From positions 62,001-126,000 of the forward strand of contig NIVC01000760.1 of assembly GCA_002269645.1 (NCBI GenBank): a stretch of 64,000 nucleotides of DNA, written 5' to 3'. The translations under genes were made by a program, and so were the position numbers. Shown here piece after piece: positions 13,684 through 31,230 of this stretch (position 1 is the first letter of the stretch; each line of letters begins with the position of its first letter). This DNA is from Macrostomum lignano (taxonomy: Eukaryota). The notes beneath the pieces were generated by a model. It had not been told where the DNA came from and searched no databases. It was given only the letters and a program-made list of their open reading frames with translations.

Positions 13684-14312
13684 AGAGTGAACTACTGAGA
13701 TAAGAGAGTGAACTGCAGAGATAAGAGAGTGAACTGCAGAGATAAGAGAGTGAACTACTGAGATAAGAGAGTGAACTGCAGAGATAAGAGAGTGAACTGC
13801 AGAGATAAGAGAGTGAACTGCAGAGATAAGAGAGTGAACTGCAGAGATGAGAGAGTGAACTACTGAGATAAGAGAGTGAACTGCAGAGATAAGAGAGTGA
13901 ACTGCAGAGATAATAGAGTGAACTGCAGAGATAAGAGAGTGAACTGCAGAGATAAGAGAGTGAACTACTGAGATAAGAGAGTGAACTGCAGAGATAAGAG
14001 AGTGAACTGCAGAGATAAGAGAGTGAACTGCAGAGATGAGAGAGTGAACTACTGAGATAAGAGAGTGAACTGCAGAGATAAGAGAGTGAACTGCAGAGAT
14101 AAGAGAGTGAACTAGAGAGATGAGAGAGTGAACTGCAGAGATGAGAGAGTGGACTACAGAGATGAGAGAGTGGACTACAGAGATAAGAGAGTGAACTGCA
14201 GAGATGAGAGAGTGAACTACTGAGATAAGAGAGTGAACTGCAGAGATGAGAGAGTGAACTGCAGAGATGAGAGAGTGAACTAGAGAGATGAGAGAGTGAA
14301 CGGCAGAAATGA
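13684..14312. repeat. 21-bp minisatellite (GAGATAAGAGAGTGAACTGCA)n just downstream of the NK1 stop
   Basis: Direct inspection; explains the HSLISAV ORF. Confidence 0.95.
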
Positions 14313-14454
14313 GAGTGAGTGACAATAAGTCAAAATTGAGGAAATCATAAAACAACATAAGCAATATATTAGCCTCAAAAAAGCAAGTTTAAGAAAAAAT
14401 GAAGCCCAAAAAGCAAAATCATCATCTCTCATCAGGTTGTCAGAATTGTGAAAT

Positions 14455-17666
<3,212 letters not shown>

Positions 17667-18049
17667 CTCTATTATCGAGGGACTCAAGCTTATGGGATTG
17701 AACTTAACAAATTAGAAAAATCCCCTCAGAAATCACTTCTGGCCTTTTTAGCGGCTATAGGGGATTAGGGGAATCGATATGCGGGGTTGGTTGATGATTA
17801 ATAAAAATTGAGCGCTAAGGTTAGGCAGCTCAGGGAGAATCAATCTGCCAATTATTATTAATGACGACCCGAGGACTTGAAGTGTTTATTAAAATTGCCT
17901 CTGCTGGCGGTAAGGAAGATTGCCGATTTGGAGCGCCTCTTAATGCCCGACTTTTTAAAAACGAAGGGGGATTCTGTTCCCTCCTCTCCAGCTTTTCTAA
18001 TTAGCTCTCTAACGGGCCGATTGGGGTGTTTGGGAAGAATCCTCTAAAA

Positions 18050-18095
18050 GCCGATTGGCCATTGGTTGGGCTTGGATGGCTTTTCATTGGGCGCG
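18050..18095 (-). promoter_or_regulatory. Clustered CCAAT boxes ~400 bp upstream of the NK1 ATG (candidate proximal promoter)
   Basis: Minus strand reads CCAACCAATGGCCAATCGGC, with another CCAAT near 18085. Motif evidence only. Confidence 0.3.
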
Positions 18096-18609
18096 GCTTG
18101 AAACTGGGAATTCTGGGGGGCTATTAAACACCAGCTCCCGATGATTGGGGGAATGGGAGTGGGTTTCGTGGGAAAATCGGCGATGTGATCTTTTCTATTT
18201 TTTTTCCAAAGCGAAATTGAAAACTTAGAAGAGGCGCTGTGTATTGATTTCAGTGAAGAAGAAGACGGTAGAGCTCTTTGTGCCAAGTTCTTTAGTCAGA
18301 TTAAAATTAGTTTTCAAGTTTGGCAAGAAACCTTCATACTTTCATTCGTAGTTAATGATTGTGTGATTTTGAAATTGAAAATTTAGCTACTGAATTTAAT
18401 TACCATTCTTTTTGGGTAACCTTTTCATTATAGTCTAAAGGATTTTAGTAATTATTTTAGTCTATGGCAAAAACGTCCCTTTATACTCGTAGTCTAGGGT
18501 ATTAGCTCCATTATTATAGTCTATGGTATTAAGCACCACTTTATAGTTTATGGAAAAAAGTGTCACTTTATAGCCGACGGTATTATAGTCTATGGTATTG
18601 CATGTACCG

Positions 18610-19335
18610 CCAATTTATAGTCTATGGTATAATAGTCATTACCATAGTCTAGGTAGAAAAGAATGTATAGTTTATGGTAAAATAGTCATTACCATAGTCT
18701 AGGTAGAAAAGAATTTATAGTTTATGGTAAAATAGTCATTACCATAGTCTAGGTAGAAAAGAATTTATAGTCTATGGTAAAATAGTCATTACCATAGTCT
18801 AGGTAGAAAAGAATTTATAGTCTATGGTAAAATAGTCATTACCATAGTCTAGGTAGAAAAGAATTTATAGTCTATGGTAAAATAGTCATTACCATAGTCT
18901 AGGTAGAAAAGAATTTATAGTCTATGGTAAAATAGTCATTACCATAGTCTAGGTAGAAAAGAATGTATAGTTTATGGTAAAATAGTCATTACCATAGTCT
19001 AGGTAGAAAAGAATTTATAGTCTATGGTAAAATAGTCATTACCATAGTCTAGGTAGAAAAGAATTTATAGTCTATGGTAAAATGGTCATTACCATAGTCT
19101 AGGTAGAAAAGAATTTATAGTCTATGGTAAAATAGTCATTACCATAGTCTAGGTAGAAAAGAATGTATAGTCTATGGTAAAATAGTCATTACCATAGTCT
19201 AGGTAGAAAAGAATGTATAGTTTATGGTAAAATAGTCATTACCATAGTCTAGGTAGAAAAGAATGTATAGTTTATGGTAAAATAGTCATTACCATAGTCT
19301 AGGTAGAAAATAATTTATAGTCTATGGTAAAAAAG
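18610..19335. repeat. 50-bp tandem repeat with an internal 9-bp inverted repeat
   Basis: Unit ATAGTCTATGGTAAAATAGTCATTACCATAGTCTAGGTAGAAAAGAATTT; about 14 copies, degenerate flanks to ~18450 and ~19390. Confidence 0.95.
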
Positions 19336-19479
19336 CTACTTGAATAGTATGTATATCGGCATTATCATCATTATTATAGTCTATGGTAAAAGCGCCAGCA
19401 TATCACGAGGTATATATATTGTTTAACTTAGTAGTAGACAGTAAAATAGAAAAGCCGAGGAATTAAAATCTATATATTT

Positions 19480-19720
19480 TAGTGTACCATCATACGGATA
19501 CCCTGTATGAACTGTCTACACGATATAGCCAATTTTTCCCACGGATTTTGATCTTCAGCCATCTCCATCTTGATGATCCCACCACCAATATCGGCAGGTC
19601 TCGGGCGTCTCGCCAGTTTGTGCACGGCATGTTTGTGTTGCCAAGCCACTATATAGCCTCCTAATGCCTCCCATGCACCTTCCCTAGAAACTTAATCTGT
19701 TACTGACCAACACGCCAGTG
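19480..19720 (-). mobile_element. Possible decayed RTE-type LINE 3' end
   Basis: Frame-broken pieces RLSF*GRC, VAWQHKH...RRPR and MAEDQNPW loosely resemble the RTE C-terminal pattern RLRFAGHC...W.P.HG...GRP...M.DR..W. Weak. Confidence 0.25.
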
Positions 19721-20412
19721 CTGTGGATATTCCGTTACCCCGCCGGGAATATAATTAACTGTTCACAGACCATGCGCACACAGAGACACATGTGGGCATG
19801 AGGATGTCCATTTTTTTAAAAGCCTGCATTTTACTTATGGTCGGCCAGCACTAAATATGATTGACTTCAACACATATCAGCCATGCACACTTAACATAGT
19901 AACAGAATTAGATCCACTCTGAGTTACTAAGGCCCCCTATCGCATTGCGAATGATGGTCATATATTTAGAAATGATACTATATATACTGCAGATTATATA
20001 TATATAGTAAGGTCTTTGTTTTACACAATATTCCGATTCTTGACTGACAACATGTCATGCGATGCACGCGCCGTGCGCACACCTGTTGCATAATCTGTTG
20101 AACATATTAGCTGTATAAATACAGAATAGATTATAGATAGAGTTCTCTTGCTGCTAGGCAATTGACGTCTGGGATATTTCAGGGTCCATTCAAGGCTGTA
20201 TAATTAGGCTGTCTTGGGATAAATTAATGTATGCTATAGAATCAGCACTGCATGCTGTTTGGATCCTGCTGTGTTTTAAAATTCAACACGGTAGTACCAT
20301 AATAACGAATATGATATGCCTAATTAATTTTTACACTCATAATAATTTCGTCAATTTTGTTAATATTATAGCTAATTATCATAGCAAAATACTGCCTGAT
20401 TTCTTTGAGATA

Positions 20413-21237
<825 letters not shown>

Positions 21238-22228
21238 GTGAGTTGCATAGTAGATGAAGCTACCGTGGTGAGGTTAACACAAAAACCGAAGTTGGAAAAG
21301 ATTGTGCAGATCTCAGTGATAAGAATTTTATGAAAATAGGAGAAGAAAAGTGGGCAGACATGTACAAAGTTTCGAACGTCAGAAGAATCCTAATTGATTG
21401 ATTTTGCGCGAACGTCCAGTTTGATGCTATATATTAATGCATTGTTTTTTGATGACTTCTAAATATTACAGTCTTTGTTCTTTGTTTGATCTTTGTTGCA
21501 ACTTGCTGGCTATATATCTAAGTGGGAAGGTTTGGGAGACAGCATCGCCCTAACCCTGATGCAAAAATAATAATAAGAACTAATGTTCGCAAGCTGGGGT
21601 CTTCTGACGGTTCTTTACCCGATGTTATGGTCAGTCTTTGTTCGAACTTTGGTCTTTAGTGGGAGTGCAGGACTGGTTTCAATTAGCAAGATATAGGGGC
21701 TGTCCGTTTTGCAAGTTGTTGTGAATGAACTGACATGAATCTACCGTTCGCTTTATCTGTTAAAAATGGGGCGCAGTAGGGCGATGGCTGCATGTGTGTG
21801 GTATGTACCAAGATTTCCAACTTCAACTGGTATAGGGCATTGAATAACAAAGACTCAACTGTGGAAACTGTGTAGATCGCCAGACAAAACCGCTTGGATG
21901 AACAAAACCGTTTCCTGTCCAGCTAATTAAACCAAAACTTTTAGATGATGGAGAGAAAAAATTGGGTGAAAAATGAATCAGTTAAAAACTGAAAATTGAT
22001 AAATTAATTAGGGACCCACCGCAGATTTCTGAGAGAAAAACTCGAATGTTCTGTACACGCGTGCTCTGTAAAACCTCAGAGTTCTTGGGTAGGTAGAGAT
22101 GCCTTCTGTTCAGAGACCTGGATCTCGGTCTGATCTGTCAGGGACCCTTCGCCAAAAACCGTATCTGGATTCAGTGGGTTGCAAAGCGAGTTTTGAAAAG
22201 TGAATTTAACTGAACTTTTTGTCCAATT

Positions 22229-22441
22229 TAGCGCCAGCACAAGGGGCGCCAGCACCAGGGGCGCCAGCACCAGGGGCGCCAGCACCAGGGGCGCCAGCAC
22301 CAGGGGCGCCAGCACCAGGGGCGCCAGCACAAGGGGCGCCAGCACCAGGGGCGCCAGCACCAGGGGCGCCAGCACCAGGGGCACCAGCACCAGGGGCGCC
22401 AGCACCAGAGGCGCCAGCACCAGGGGCGCCAGCACCAGGGA
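22229..22441. repeat. 15-bp GC-rich repeat (GGGGCGCCAGCACCA)n
   Basis: About 14 copies. Confidence 0.95.
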
Positions 22442-23494
22442 TGTCAACATCTATTTAGTTTAGAAACAAGAACAGAACGCTTCCAGTCCATCGAAGACTT
22501 TCCAGAGGTCCTTGGCCCAGAATCCGCGGATTTTTACCCGATTTTCCCCAATTGATGTCATTAGGGAAGTGCAACAGTTCCCTCCTCTCTCCATCTCCCT
22601 TACCCCCCCCCCCCCACCAGATTGTTACCTGTTGATCGCGCGGGCCCGATCGCGGGAAAAGGTGTAAAAAATGGGGCCGAGTTTGCGTGCGGCAGATTAG
22701 GGGGGCGAAAGCGTATCATCGTCTGGGCAGGGTCCTAATTGACTCCCCCAAGCCTTAGCCGGGGCCGAATGGTTAAACGTTAATTAGTGTTCGCTTCAAT
22801 AAGCGAGAGCGATCGAGAGCCGCTGGGGTGGGAGGCTAGGGAAGGATGTTTGTTAACAAATACAAGAGTATAGCAATGGGATTTATAAGGGTTAGGGATT
22901 GGAATCATCAGGTGTCTAGATTATCCCTCTCCATGCTTCCTTCCCACCCAGTTTGGGAATAGGGGAGTGTATTTATGCATATACAATATAAGTATCTAAG
23001 CCCTCCCTTTTAATCTGCCGCAACGGCCGCTGAAGACCCCCGCGGTATGAAATTTCGCTCTAACCTGGACGGGCGAACTGTTTGCTTTATCAGATCTTAT
23101 GGCGGCTTCTCCCCCACCAGATGGCAATTACTAATTATTGCTATATAAAGCGGAATGCCCCCCACCCCAAAATCCGCTTGGTAGCAAACTTGATGAGGCA
23201 GATTTTATGTTTTAAAAAATCTGCCAAAAATGTAGTGGAAGTTGTTATTTCTATTCCATTTTTACATATTTGAACTCTCCAATGATTACCTCTTGTTTTT
23301 GCTATACAAGTGTGCAAAATTTTCAACTTTTTTGTTTATATGCACTAATTAAACTTTAATTTATCGTGTAATACAGAGGTTCGCAGAAATTCATAGGATA
23401 ATTTATTAATTAATATTAAAAAGAACTGACTACACTATTTGAAGTGTAGTCAGTTCTACCTACTACCTACCTTATTACTTACTTACCCATTTAT

Positions 23495-23945
23495 TTTTTG
23501 TCTGTCTATCTATCCTACGTGTCTGTCTATCTGTCTTACCTGTCTGTCTATCTGCCTTACCTGTCTGTCTATCTGTCTTACCTGTCTGTTCTATCTGTCT
23601 TACCTGTCTGTCTATCTGTCCTACCTGTCTGTCTGTCTATCTATCTGTCCTACCTGTCTATCTGCCTTACCTGTCTGTCTATCTGTCCTACCTGTGTCTG
23701 TCTATCTGCCTTACCTGTCTGTCTATCTGTCTTACCTGTCTGTTTATCTGCCTTACCTGTCTGTCTATCTGCCTTAACTGTCTGTCTATCTGCCTTACCT
23801 GTCTGTCTATCTGCCTTACCTGTCTGTCTGTCTGTCTTACCTGTCTGTCTATCTGTCTTACCTGTCTGTCTATCTGTCTTACCTGTCTGTCTATCTGTCC
23901 TACCTGTCTGTCTATCTGCCTTACCTGTCTGTTTATCTGTCTTTC
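23495..23945. repeat. 22-bp repeat (TCTGTCTTACCTGTCTGTCTAT)n
   Basis: Direct inspection. Confidence 0.9.
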
Positions 23946-24702
23946 GCCCCTGTCCATCAGTTCCCTCTATAGCGTATGTTTTATTTTTGATTTTAACACA
24001 GTCTTAAGCAGCCCCTATTATTCTTAATTCCCAATATTTTCCCCTAGAAAAATCCCATTTTTAACTTGACCATTTATATAGCGCTTATAAGTTTCAGTCC
24101 AGATGATGATGAAGGAGGCTGGCAGTTGTAATGCTAATTAAATGTACCCTCCCCCCTCAAACCCAACCGATAAAGCAGCACACATGATACGAGAGCCGCC
24201 TATGTGGGGGCGGCTGAACGCCCCAAGCAGCTCTGCAGATTGGCATCCCAGATAAAAAACACAACGAACCCGTCTGCACCCAATTGGGAAAAACTGCTTA
24301 AGGCAAAGGCATGCCTGGTGGCTGCTATAGTGGCAACGGAAAGTGATTAGAGGCTAAACTTGATGAAGCATCCTTCGATGGCCGATAAACCAACACTCCC
24401 AACACCCACCGTTTCAAGCCCCAACTGAAAAAAAATCTCAACAAACCTGACCCACTGCTGCGTTACAATAAGTGTTACTAATATGATTGTTAGTTTATCT
24501 TATATTTCAGTTCAGTAGGGGCCTGCAAAAGGTGCTGTATCCACGTGGGGTCGCTGCTTATAGACAATGCGGGAGACAGATTTACTTTTGGTAATAAATA
24601 AGCAGCACAGTGGGAGTTCTCTGTACCTGTCAGGGAGGCCTAAAAGCGGAGTCTGGAATGATACGTCTCTTCTACATCAATATCGTTTTACTTTTCGAGC
24701 TG

Positions 24703-25405
24703 GAGTCTGACACCTCAGTGTCTACTCTGTCTGACATCTCAGTGTCTACTCTGTCTGACACCTCAGTGTCTACTCTGTCTGACACCTCAGTGTCTACTCT
24801 GTCTGACATCTCAGTGTCTACTCTGTCTGACACCTCAGTATCTACTCTGTCTGACACCTCAGTATCTACTCTGTCTGACACCTCAGTATCTACTCTGTCT
24901 GACATCTCAGTGTCTACTCTGTCTGACACCTCAGTGTCTACTCTGTCTGACACCTCAGTGTCTACTCTGTCTGACACCTCAGTATCTACTCTGTCTGACA
25001 CCTCAGTATCTACTCTGTCTGACACCTCAGTATCTACTGTGTCTGACACCTCAGTATCTACTCTGTCTGACACCTCAGTATCTACTGTGTCTGACACCTC
25101 AGTATCTACTCTGTCTGACACCTCAGTATCTACTGTGTCTGACACCTCAGTATCTACTCTGTCTGACACCTCAGTATCTATTCTGTCTGACACCTCAGTA
25201 TCTACTGTGTCTGACACCTCAGTATCTACTCTGTCAGACACCTCAGTGTCTACTCTGTCTGACACCTCAGTATCTACTCTGTCTGACACCTCAGTATCTA
25301 CTGTGTCTGACACCTCAGTATCTACTCTGTCTGACACCTCAGTATCTACTGTGTCTGACACCTCAGTATCTACTGTGTATGACACCTCAGTGTCTACTCT
25401 CTCTG
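24703..25405. repeat. 24-bp repeat (TCTGACACCTCAGTRTCTACTCTG)n
   Basis: Direct inspection; explains the SDTSVSTL and DRVDTEVS ORFs. Confidence 0.95.
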
Positions 25406-25934
25406 ATACTGCACCCTTGTAACTCCGTTTCATAATCCTGGGCCTCCTTGGTTTCCAGTCACTACATAAAGTTACTGTCTGTCACAAGTGCTGACACTTT
25501 TGTTAGCTAATAAATATAAGTCATGAAACAAAGACTTCCCATTTGCTGTTTTGCTGTGTTTCTGTCAGCCCGATCCAGATGGCAGCACTCAAATTACAGG
25601 GGCTGTTTCCGCTATTTTTTAAAGATTGTCCTGTCCTTATCGCGGCTCGGTGATCTATTGGTGATAGGAAAGTTGGGAAAATTATCCCATGCCAGGTCAG
25701 GTCTCCATTGATGACGGAGCATTGTTGACTGTGTTAGTTATACGAGAACTCAATCCAGTTTTGTAAAGTATATAATTATAATACACACCATTCCCTAATC
25801 ACACGTCTCACTTATGGGAATATTGGACTTTAAGATTCACACTCTAGAATCTCACACTTAAATCTCACTGTCAGAATCTTATTCTTAGAAGCTCACCCAT
25901 GAATATTAAAGTCTTAAGAGTCTTTTCAGACAAG

Positions 25935-26350
25935 ATTTTCTCAGACAAAGCGCGAGAGAGTCAGACAAGGCGCGAGAGTCAGACAAGGCGCGAGAGAGTC
26001 AGACAAGGCGCGAGAGAGTCAGACAAAGCGCGAGAGAGTCAGACAAGGCGCGAGAGAGTCAGACAAGGCGCGAGAGTCAGACAAGGCGCGAGAGAGTCAG
26101 ACAAGGCGCGAGAGAGTCAGACAAGGCGCGAGAGTCAGAAAAGGCGCGAGAGAGTCAGGCAAGGCGCGAGAGTCAGACAAGGCGCGAGAGTCAGAAAAGG
26201 CGCGAGAGAGTCAGGCAAGGCGCGAGAGTCAGACAAGGCGCGAGAGAGTCAGACAAGGCACGAGAGAGTCAGACAAGGCGCGAGAGAGTCAGACAAGGCA
26301 CGAGAGAGTCAGACAAGGCGCGAGAGTCAGACAAGGCGTGAGAGTCAGGC
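25935..26350. repeat. 18/20-bp repeat (GAGAGTCAGACAAGGCGCGA)n
   Basis: Direct inspection. Confidence 0.95.
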
Positions 26351-26998
26351 ATCAGAGTTGGTCAGTAAATTTTCTCAGCCAATTAGTAGCCCTTCCCCAC
26401 TGTCTGGTGGCCGCTGCTGTGAGAGACACGGGGGGGGAGCGGCCCCAGGAAACAGGGGCCGCGCAGCCCCAGCTCAGCGGGAAATTAGCCCTCAGCCAGA
26501 CAATATCGTGGGAAAAATTCGCCCCTCCGTGCATTCGTAGAAAAGAAGAGGAATTTACACTCTAGTCGCCCTCATTTCCCCTTGCCCACCCACTTGCCGG
26601 CTATTCCCGATGATTTAGCCAAAAGAGACAAAAGCAACTGCTTAGCTTAATTGCTGCTTTTAAAAAGGCTATAGCTAGGCTAGTTAGTGAGTTAGTTATC
26701 AAAACTGCATAAGCTAAATAGTTTGAAGAAGGCACCAGGCGAGTCAGTTTAATTAAGGCAGTTCTTGACCGCGGGTTTCGACATTATCGATACTGCGAAA
26801 TATTTTAGCTAATTGCTAACAGGCATTGGCAGCACTGTCGCTAGCAGGAATGTCGGTCTACTGGGGCGGGGGGGGTAATGAGGCTTATCTAACAACTTGT
26901 AAAGCTCCCTCTTTAAGGGTTAACCAGCTATTGATTGTCTGGCACTAACTGTCAATCACGGTCTTTGTTGATTTGGGTATCACACAGACTTGATTTTT

Positions 26999-28594
26999 TC
27001 AGTCAGTCAGTCAGTCAGTCAGTCAGTCAGTCAGTCAGTCAGTCAGTCAGTCAGTCAGTCAGTCAGTCAGTCAGTCAGTCAGTCAGTCAGTCAGTCAGTC
27101 AGTCAGTCAGTCAGTCAGTCAGTCAGTCAGTCAGTCAGTCAGTCAGTCAGTCAGTCAGTCAGTCAGTCAGTCAGTCAGTCAGTCAGTCAGTCAGTCAGTC
27201 AGTCAGTCAGTCAGTCAGTCAGTCAGTCAGTCAGTCAGTCAGTCAGTCAGTCAGTCAGTCAGTCAGTCAGTCAGTCAGTCAGTCAGTCAGTCAGTCAGTC
27301 AGTCAGTCAGTCAGTCAGTCAGTCAGTCAGTCAGTCAGTCAGTCAGTCAGTCAGTCAGTCAGTCAGTCAGTCAGTCAGTCAGTCAGTCAGTCAGTCAGTC
27401 AGTCAGTCAGTCAGTCAGTCAGTCAGTCAGTCAGTCAGTCAGTCAGTCAGTCAGTCAGTCAGTCAGTCAGTCAGTCAGTCAGTCAGTCAGTCAGTCAGTC
27501 AGTCAGTCAGTCAGTCAGTCAGTCAGTCAGTCAGTCAGTCAGTCAGTCAGTCAGTCAGTCAGTCAGTCAGTCAGTCAGTCAGTCAGTCAGTCAGTCAGTC
27601 AGTCAGTCAGTCAGTCAGTCAGTCAGTCAGTCAGTCAGTCAGTCAGTCAGTCAGTCAGTCAGTCAGTCAGTCAGTCAGTCAGTCAGTCAGTCAGTCAGTC
27701 AGTCAGTCAGTCAGTCAGTCAGTCAGTCAGTCAGTCAGTCAGTCAGTCAGTCAGTCAGTCAGTCAGTCAGTCAGTCAGTCAGTCAGTCAGTCAGTCAGTC
27801 AGTCAGTCAGTCAGTCAGTCAGTCAGTCAGTCAGTCAGTCAGTCAGTCAGTCAGTCAGTCAGTCAGTCAGTCAGTCAGTCAGTCAGTCAGTCAGTCAGTC
27901 AGTCAGTCAGTCAGTCAGTCAGTCAGTCAGTCAGTCAGTCAGTCAGTCAGTCAGTCAGTCAGTCAGTCAGTCAGTCAGTCAGTCAGTCAGTCAGTCAGTC
28001 AGTCAGTCAGTCAGTCAGTCAGTCAGTCAGTCAGTCAGTCAGTCAGTCAGTCAGTCAGTCAGTCAGTCAGTCAGTCAGTCAGTCAGTCAGTCAGTCAGTC
28101 AGTCAGTCAGTCAGTCAGTCAGTCAGTCAGTCAGTCAGTCAGTCAGTCAGTCAGTCAGTCAGTCAGTCAGTCAGTCAGTCAGTCAGTCAGTCAGTCAGTC
28201 AGTCAGTCAGTCAGTCAGTCAGTCAGTCAGTCAGTCAGTCAGTCAGTCAGTCAGTCAGTCAGTCAGTCAGTCAGTCAGTCAGTCAGTCAGTCAGTCAGTC
28301 AGTCAGTCAGTCAGTCAGTCAGTCAGTCAGTCAGTCAGTCAGTCAGTCAGTCAGTCAGTCAGTCAGTCAGTCAGTCAGTCAGTCAGTCAGTCAGTCAGTC
28401 AGTCAGTCAGTCAGTCAGTCAGTCAGTCAGTCAGTCAGTCAGTCAGTCAGTCAGTCAGTCAGTCAGTCAGTCAGTCAGTCAGTCAGTCAGTCAGTCAGTC
28501 AGTCAGTCAGTCAGTCAGTCAGTCAGTCAGTCAGTCAGTCAGTCAGTCAGTCAGTCAGTCAGTCAGTCAGTCAGTCAGTCAGTCAGTCAGTCAG
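26999..28594. repeat. Perfect (AGTC)n microsatellite, about 399 units
   Basis: No interruption seen over ~1.6 kb. Confidence 0.98.
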
Positions 28595-28999
28595 GATGGT
28601 CCGCAATGGCACTGGGGACCTTCACATGGCGGTCCAGCCAATTGTCTCTTTCCCTCAGTGTAATCAGAGAAATAATTTTAATTGCCGCAAAGCGCCTATA
28701 ATTTTCGGTTTTATTCGATCTCTTTCAAAGGTAGCGCAGCGCGAATGTCAGTGTGTGCGCCAATGTGTGTGTTGTGCGGAACACAAAGCGGATCCCAGAA
28801 GCTGCCACGCAGACCGCTTATAGCCTGGGATGCGGCGTTGATAAGGTGAGAGAAAGTGGTCAGCAGCGAGGTGATTCAGTTGAACCGGGCACAGGGACCT
28901 CCGATTTAAATTATTGGACTGGAAACCCATGCCGGCAATTGAGGCAGTGGAAATATCAGTGAGCGATATGGGAGCATATTTTAGTACTATAATTTCAAC

Positions 29000-29445
29000 T
29001 CTAAGCTTCATCACCAACCCTAAGCTTCATCACCAACCCTAAGCTTCATCACCAAACCTAAGCTTCATCACCAAACCAAAGCTTCATCACCAAACCTAAG
29101 CTTCATCACCAACCCTAAGCTTCATCACCAACCCTAAGCTTCATCACCAACCCTAAGCTTCATCACCAAACCTAAGCTTCATCACCAACCCTAAGCTTCA
29201 TCACCAAACCTAGGCTTCATCACCAACCCTAAGCTTCATCACCAAACCTAGGCTTCATCACCAAACCTAAGCTTCATCACCAACCCTAAGCTTCATCACC
29301 AAACCTAGGCTTCATCACCAACCCTAAGCTTCATCACCAAACCTAGGCTTCATCACCAACCCTAAGCTTCATCACCAACCCTAAGCTTCATCACCAACCC
29401 TAAGCTTCATCACCAACCCTAAGCTTCATCACCAACCGTAGCTTC
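29000..29445. repeat. 19-bp repeat (CTAAGCTTCATCACCAACC)n
   Basis: Direct inspection. Confidence 0.95.
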
Positions 29446-30039
29446 TTCAATTTCTCCAATTTCCCCAATCTGAATTCCCAGTCCAGGTAAAGCCACCGAT
29501 GGTCCATGGACATTGCCGGAACCAAAAGTTTGCTTATTACCGGGGCTGCCTTATCTCTCTTTACCTTGATGCCGAATTGAGGCAAAGCTTCCCCAGGAGC
29601 TATAAAATGCTATAGGTTCCGCAGCCTCGCATGGGCCCATGACTAGCGAATCTGTTATATCGTATAGACATAAAAGATTTTGCCGACAAAATCGCATGAA
29701 AACTCCTAACTATCTAAGCTAGCGCGGCCCAATTTGCTGTTGAAATTTCCCAGATCTCCTAATATAAATGGGGGGGGGGCAGGTCTATCAAATGTCGGCA
29801 GGTAGAAGGTAGTGTGTGTAAGCTGATCAGGCTAATGTGCACCGTTTGGGTGAATGAATGACATTCAAAATTATAACCCCAATCAGATTTGAAACTGCCT
29901 GCTAGTAAGAAGATAGTTCCTATATATACTAAAAATGTATGCACTAAGATTAGAAATTCTACTGGTCAAAATGTGGACAATAAACTACTAGAAATAAAAG
30001 AGATTCGGATGAGATAGAACACGACTCTCATAGAGTTTG

Positions 30040-30495
30040 GATGGAGATGGAGAGGAGATGAAGAGGGAGAGATGGAGAGGAGTGAGATGGAGAGGGGTGA
30101 GATGGAGAGGGGTGAGATGGAGAGGGGTGAGATGGAGAGGGGTGAGATGGAGAGGGGTGAGATGGAGAGGGGTGAGATGGAGAGGGATGAGATGGAGAGG
30201 GGTGAGATGGAGAGGGGTGAGATGGAGAGGGGTGAGATGGAGAGGGGTGAGATGAAGAGGAGTGAGACGGAGAGGAGTCAGATGGAGAAGGGTGAGATGG
30301 AGTGGGTAAGATGTTAAGGGGTGAGATGTTAAGGGGTGAGATGTTAAGGGGTGAGATGTTAAGGGGTGAGATGGAGAGGGGTGAGATGTTAAGGGGTGAG
30401 ATGGAGAGGGGTGAGATGTTAAGGGGTGAGATGGAGAGGGGTGAGATGTTAAGGGGTGAGATGGAGAGGGGTGAGATGTTAAGGGGTGAGACGGA
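30040..30495. repeat. 15-bp repeat (GAGATGGAGAGGGGT / GAGATGTTAAGGGGT)n
   Basis: The two variants alternate in the distal half. Confidence 0.95.
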
Positions 30496-30989
30496 GAGCA
30501 AGAGCACAGGAAGCTACAGAGAAGGGCAATTACAGACTGCAGTCAGTTTCCTATTGATAAATTGAACTCGGAGTTGAAGGCCATAGCTCACAGTCTCAAA
30601 TTATAGTTGTTGGCATTTTCTCCAGCCGCCCGCCTTCTAAGTAATTCCCAAAGAGATTTACGACAAACTGACTGGCCGAGCGCGAAGATTAGGGGATGGG
30701 AATGCGGGATATTTCTGGCAGAAAATGGATTAGCTGTGGGCTGCGCCAGCCATTGGGAGGAAGAGGCCAATTATTATTCAAGCGAGCTTTGAGCTTCTCA
30801 ACACCCCCGCACAACTGCTCAAACCCCTTGCACCTGGGTCTCGGGGCTCAGCAGCCCCATCAGTCGAGTCCGGCGCAGGGACCACTGGGATATCTTGGAC
30901 TGGAAAGCATCGGCAAAATCGCAACAACAAAATTAGACAAAACAATTAAGGCCAAGCAGAGCAACCGGATAACGCGACCTCTTAAAAAA

Positions 30990-31230
30990 TCTCACTCTCA
31001 GAATACCCAACCTTCAAAATCCCATTCTCAAAACCCTGCACCTTCAAAATCTCACTCTCAAAACCCTGCACCTTCAAGTCTCACCCTCAAAACTAGGCAC
31101 CTTCAAAATCTCATCCCCAAAACCCTGCACTTTCAAAATCTCATCTTTAAGACCTGCACCTTCAAAATCTCACCCTCAAAATCCTACTCCTTCAAAATCT
31201 CATCCTGAACCTGCACCCTTCAAAATCTCT
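30990..31230. repeat. 30-bp degenerate repeat (CAAAATCTCACTCTCAAAACCCTGCACCTT)n
   Basis: Direct inspection. Confidence 0.85.

Noticed and set aside
18610-19335. CRISPR-like array
   Set aside because: No unique spacers, no cas genes, eukaryotic context.
21250-22000. Possible decayed transposon coding sequence
   Set aside because: No frame gave a motif I could assign; a translated search would be needed.
22229-22441. CTCF-like motif array (CACCAGGGGCGCC)
   Set aside because: One G short of the consensus spacing, and CTCF is reported missing in flatworms.
26935-28701. 588-aa and 557-aa SVSQ ORFs
   Set aside because: Translation of (AGTC)n, which has no stop codon on this strand; no coding signal.
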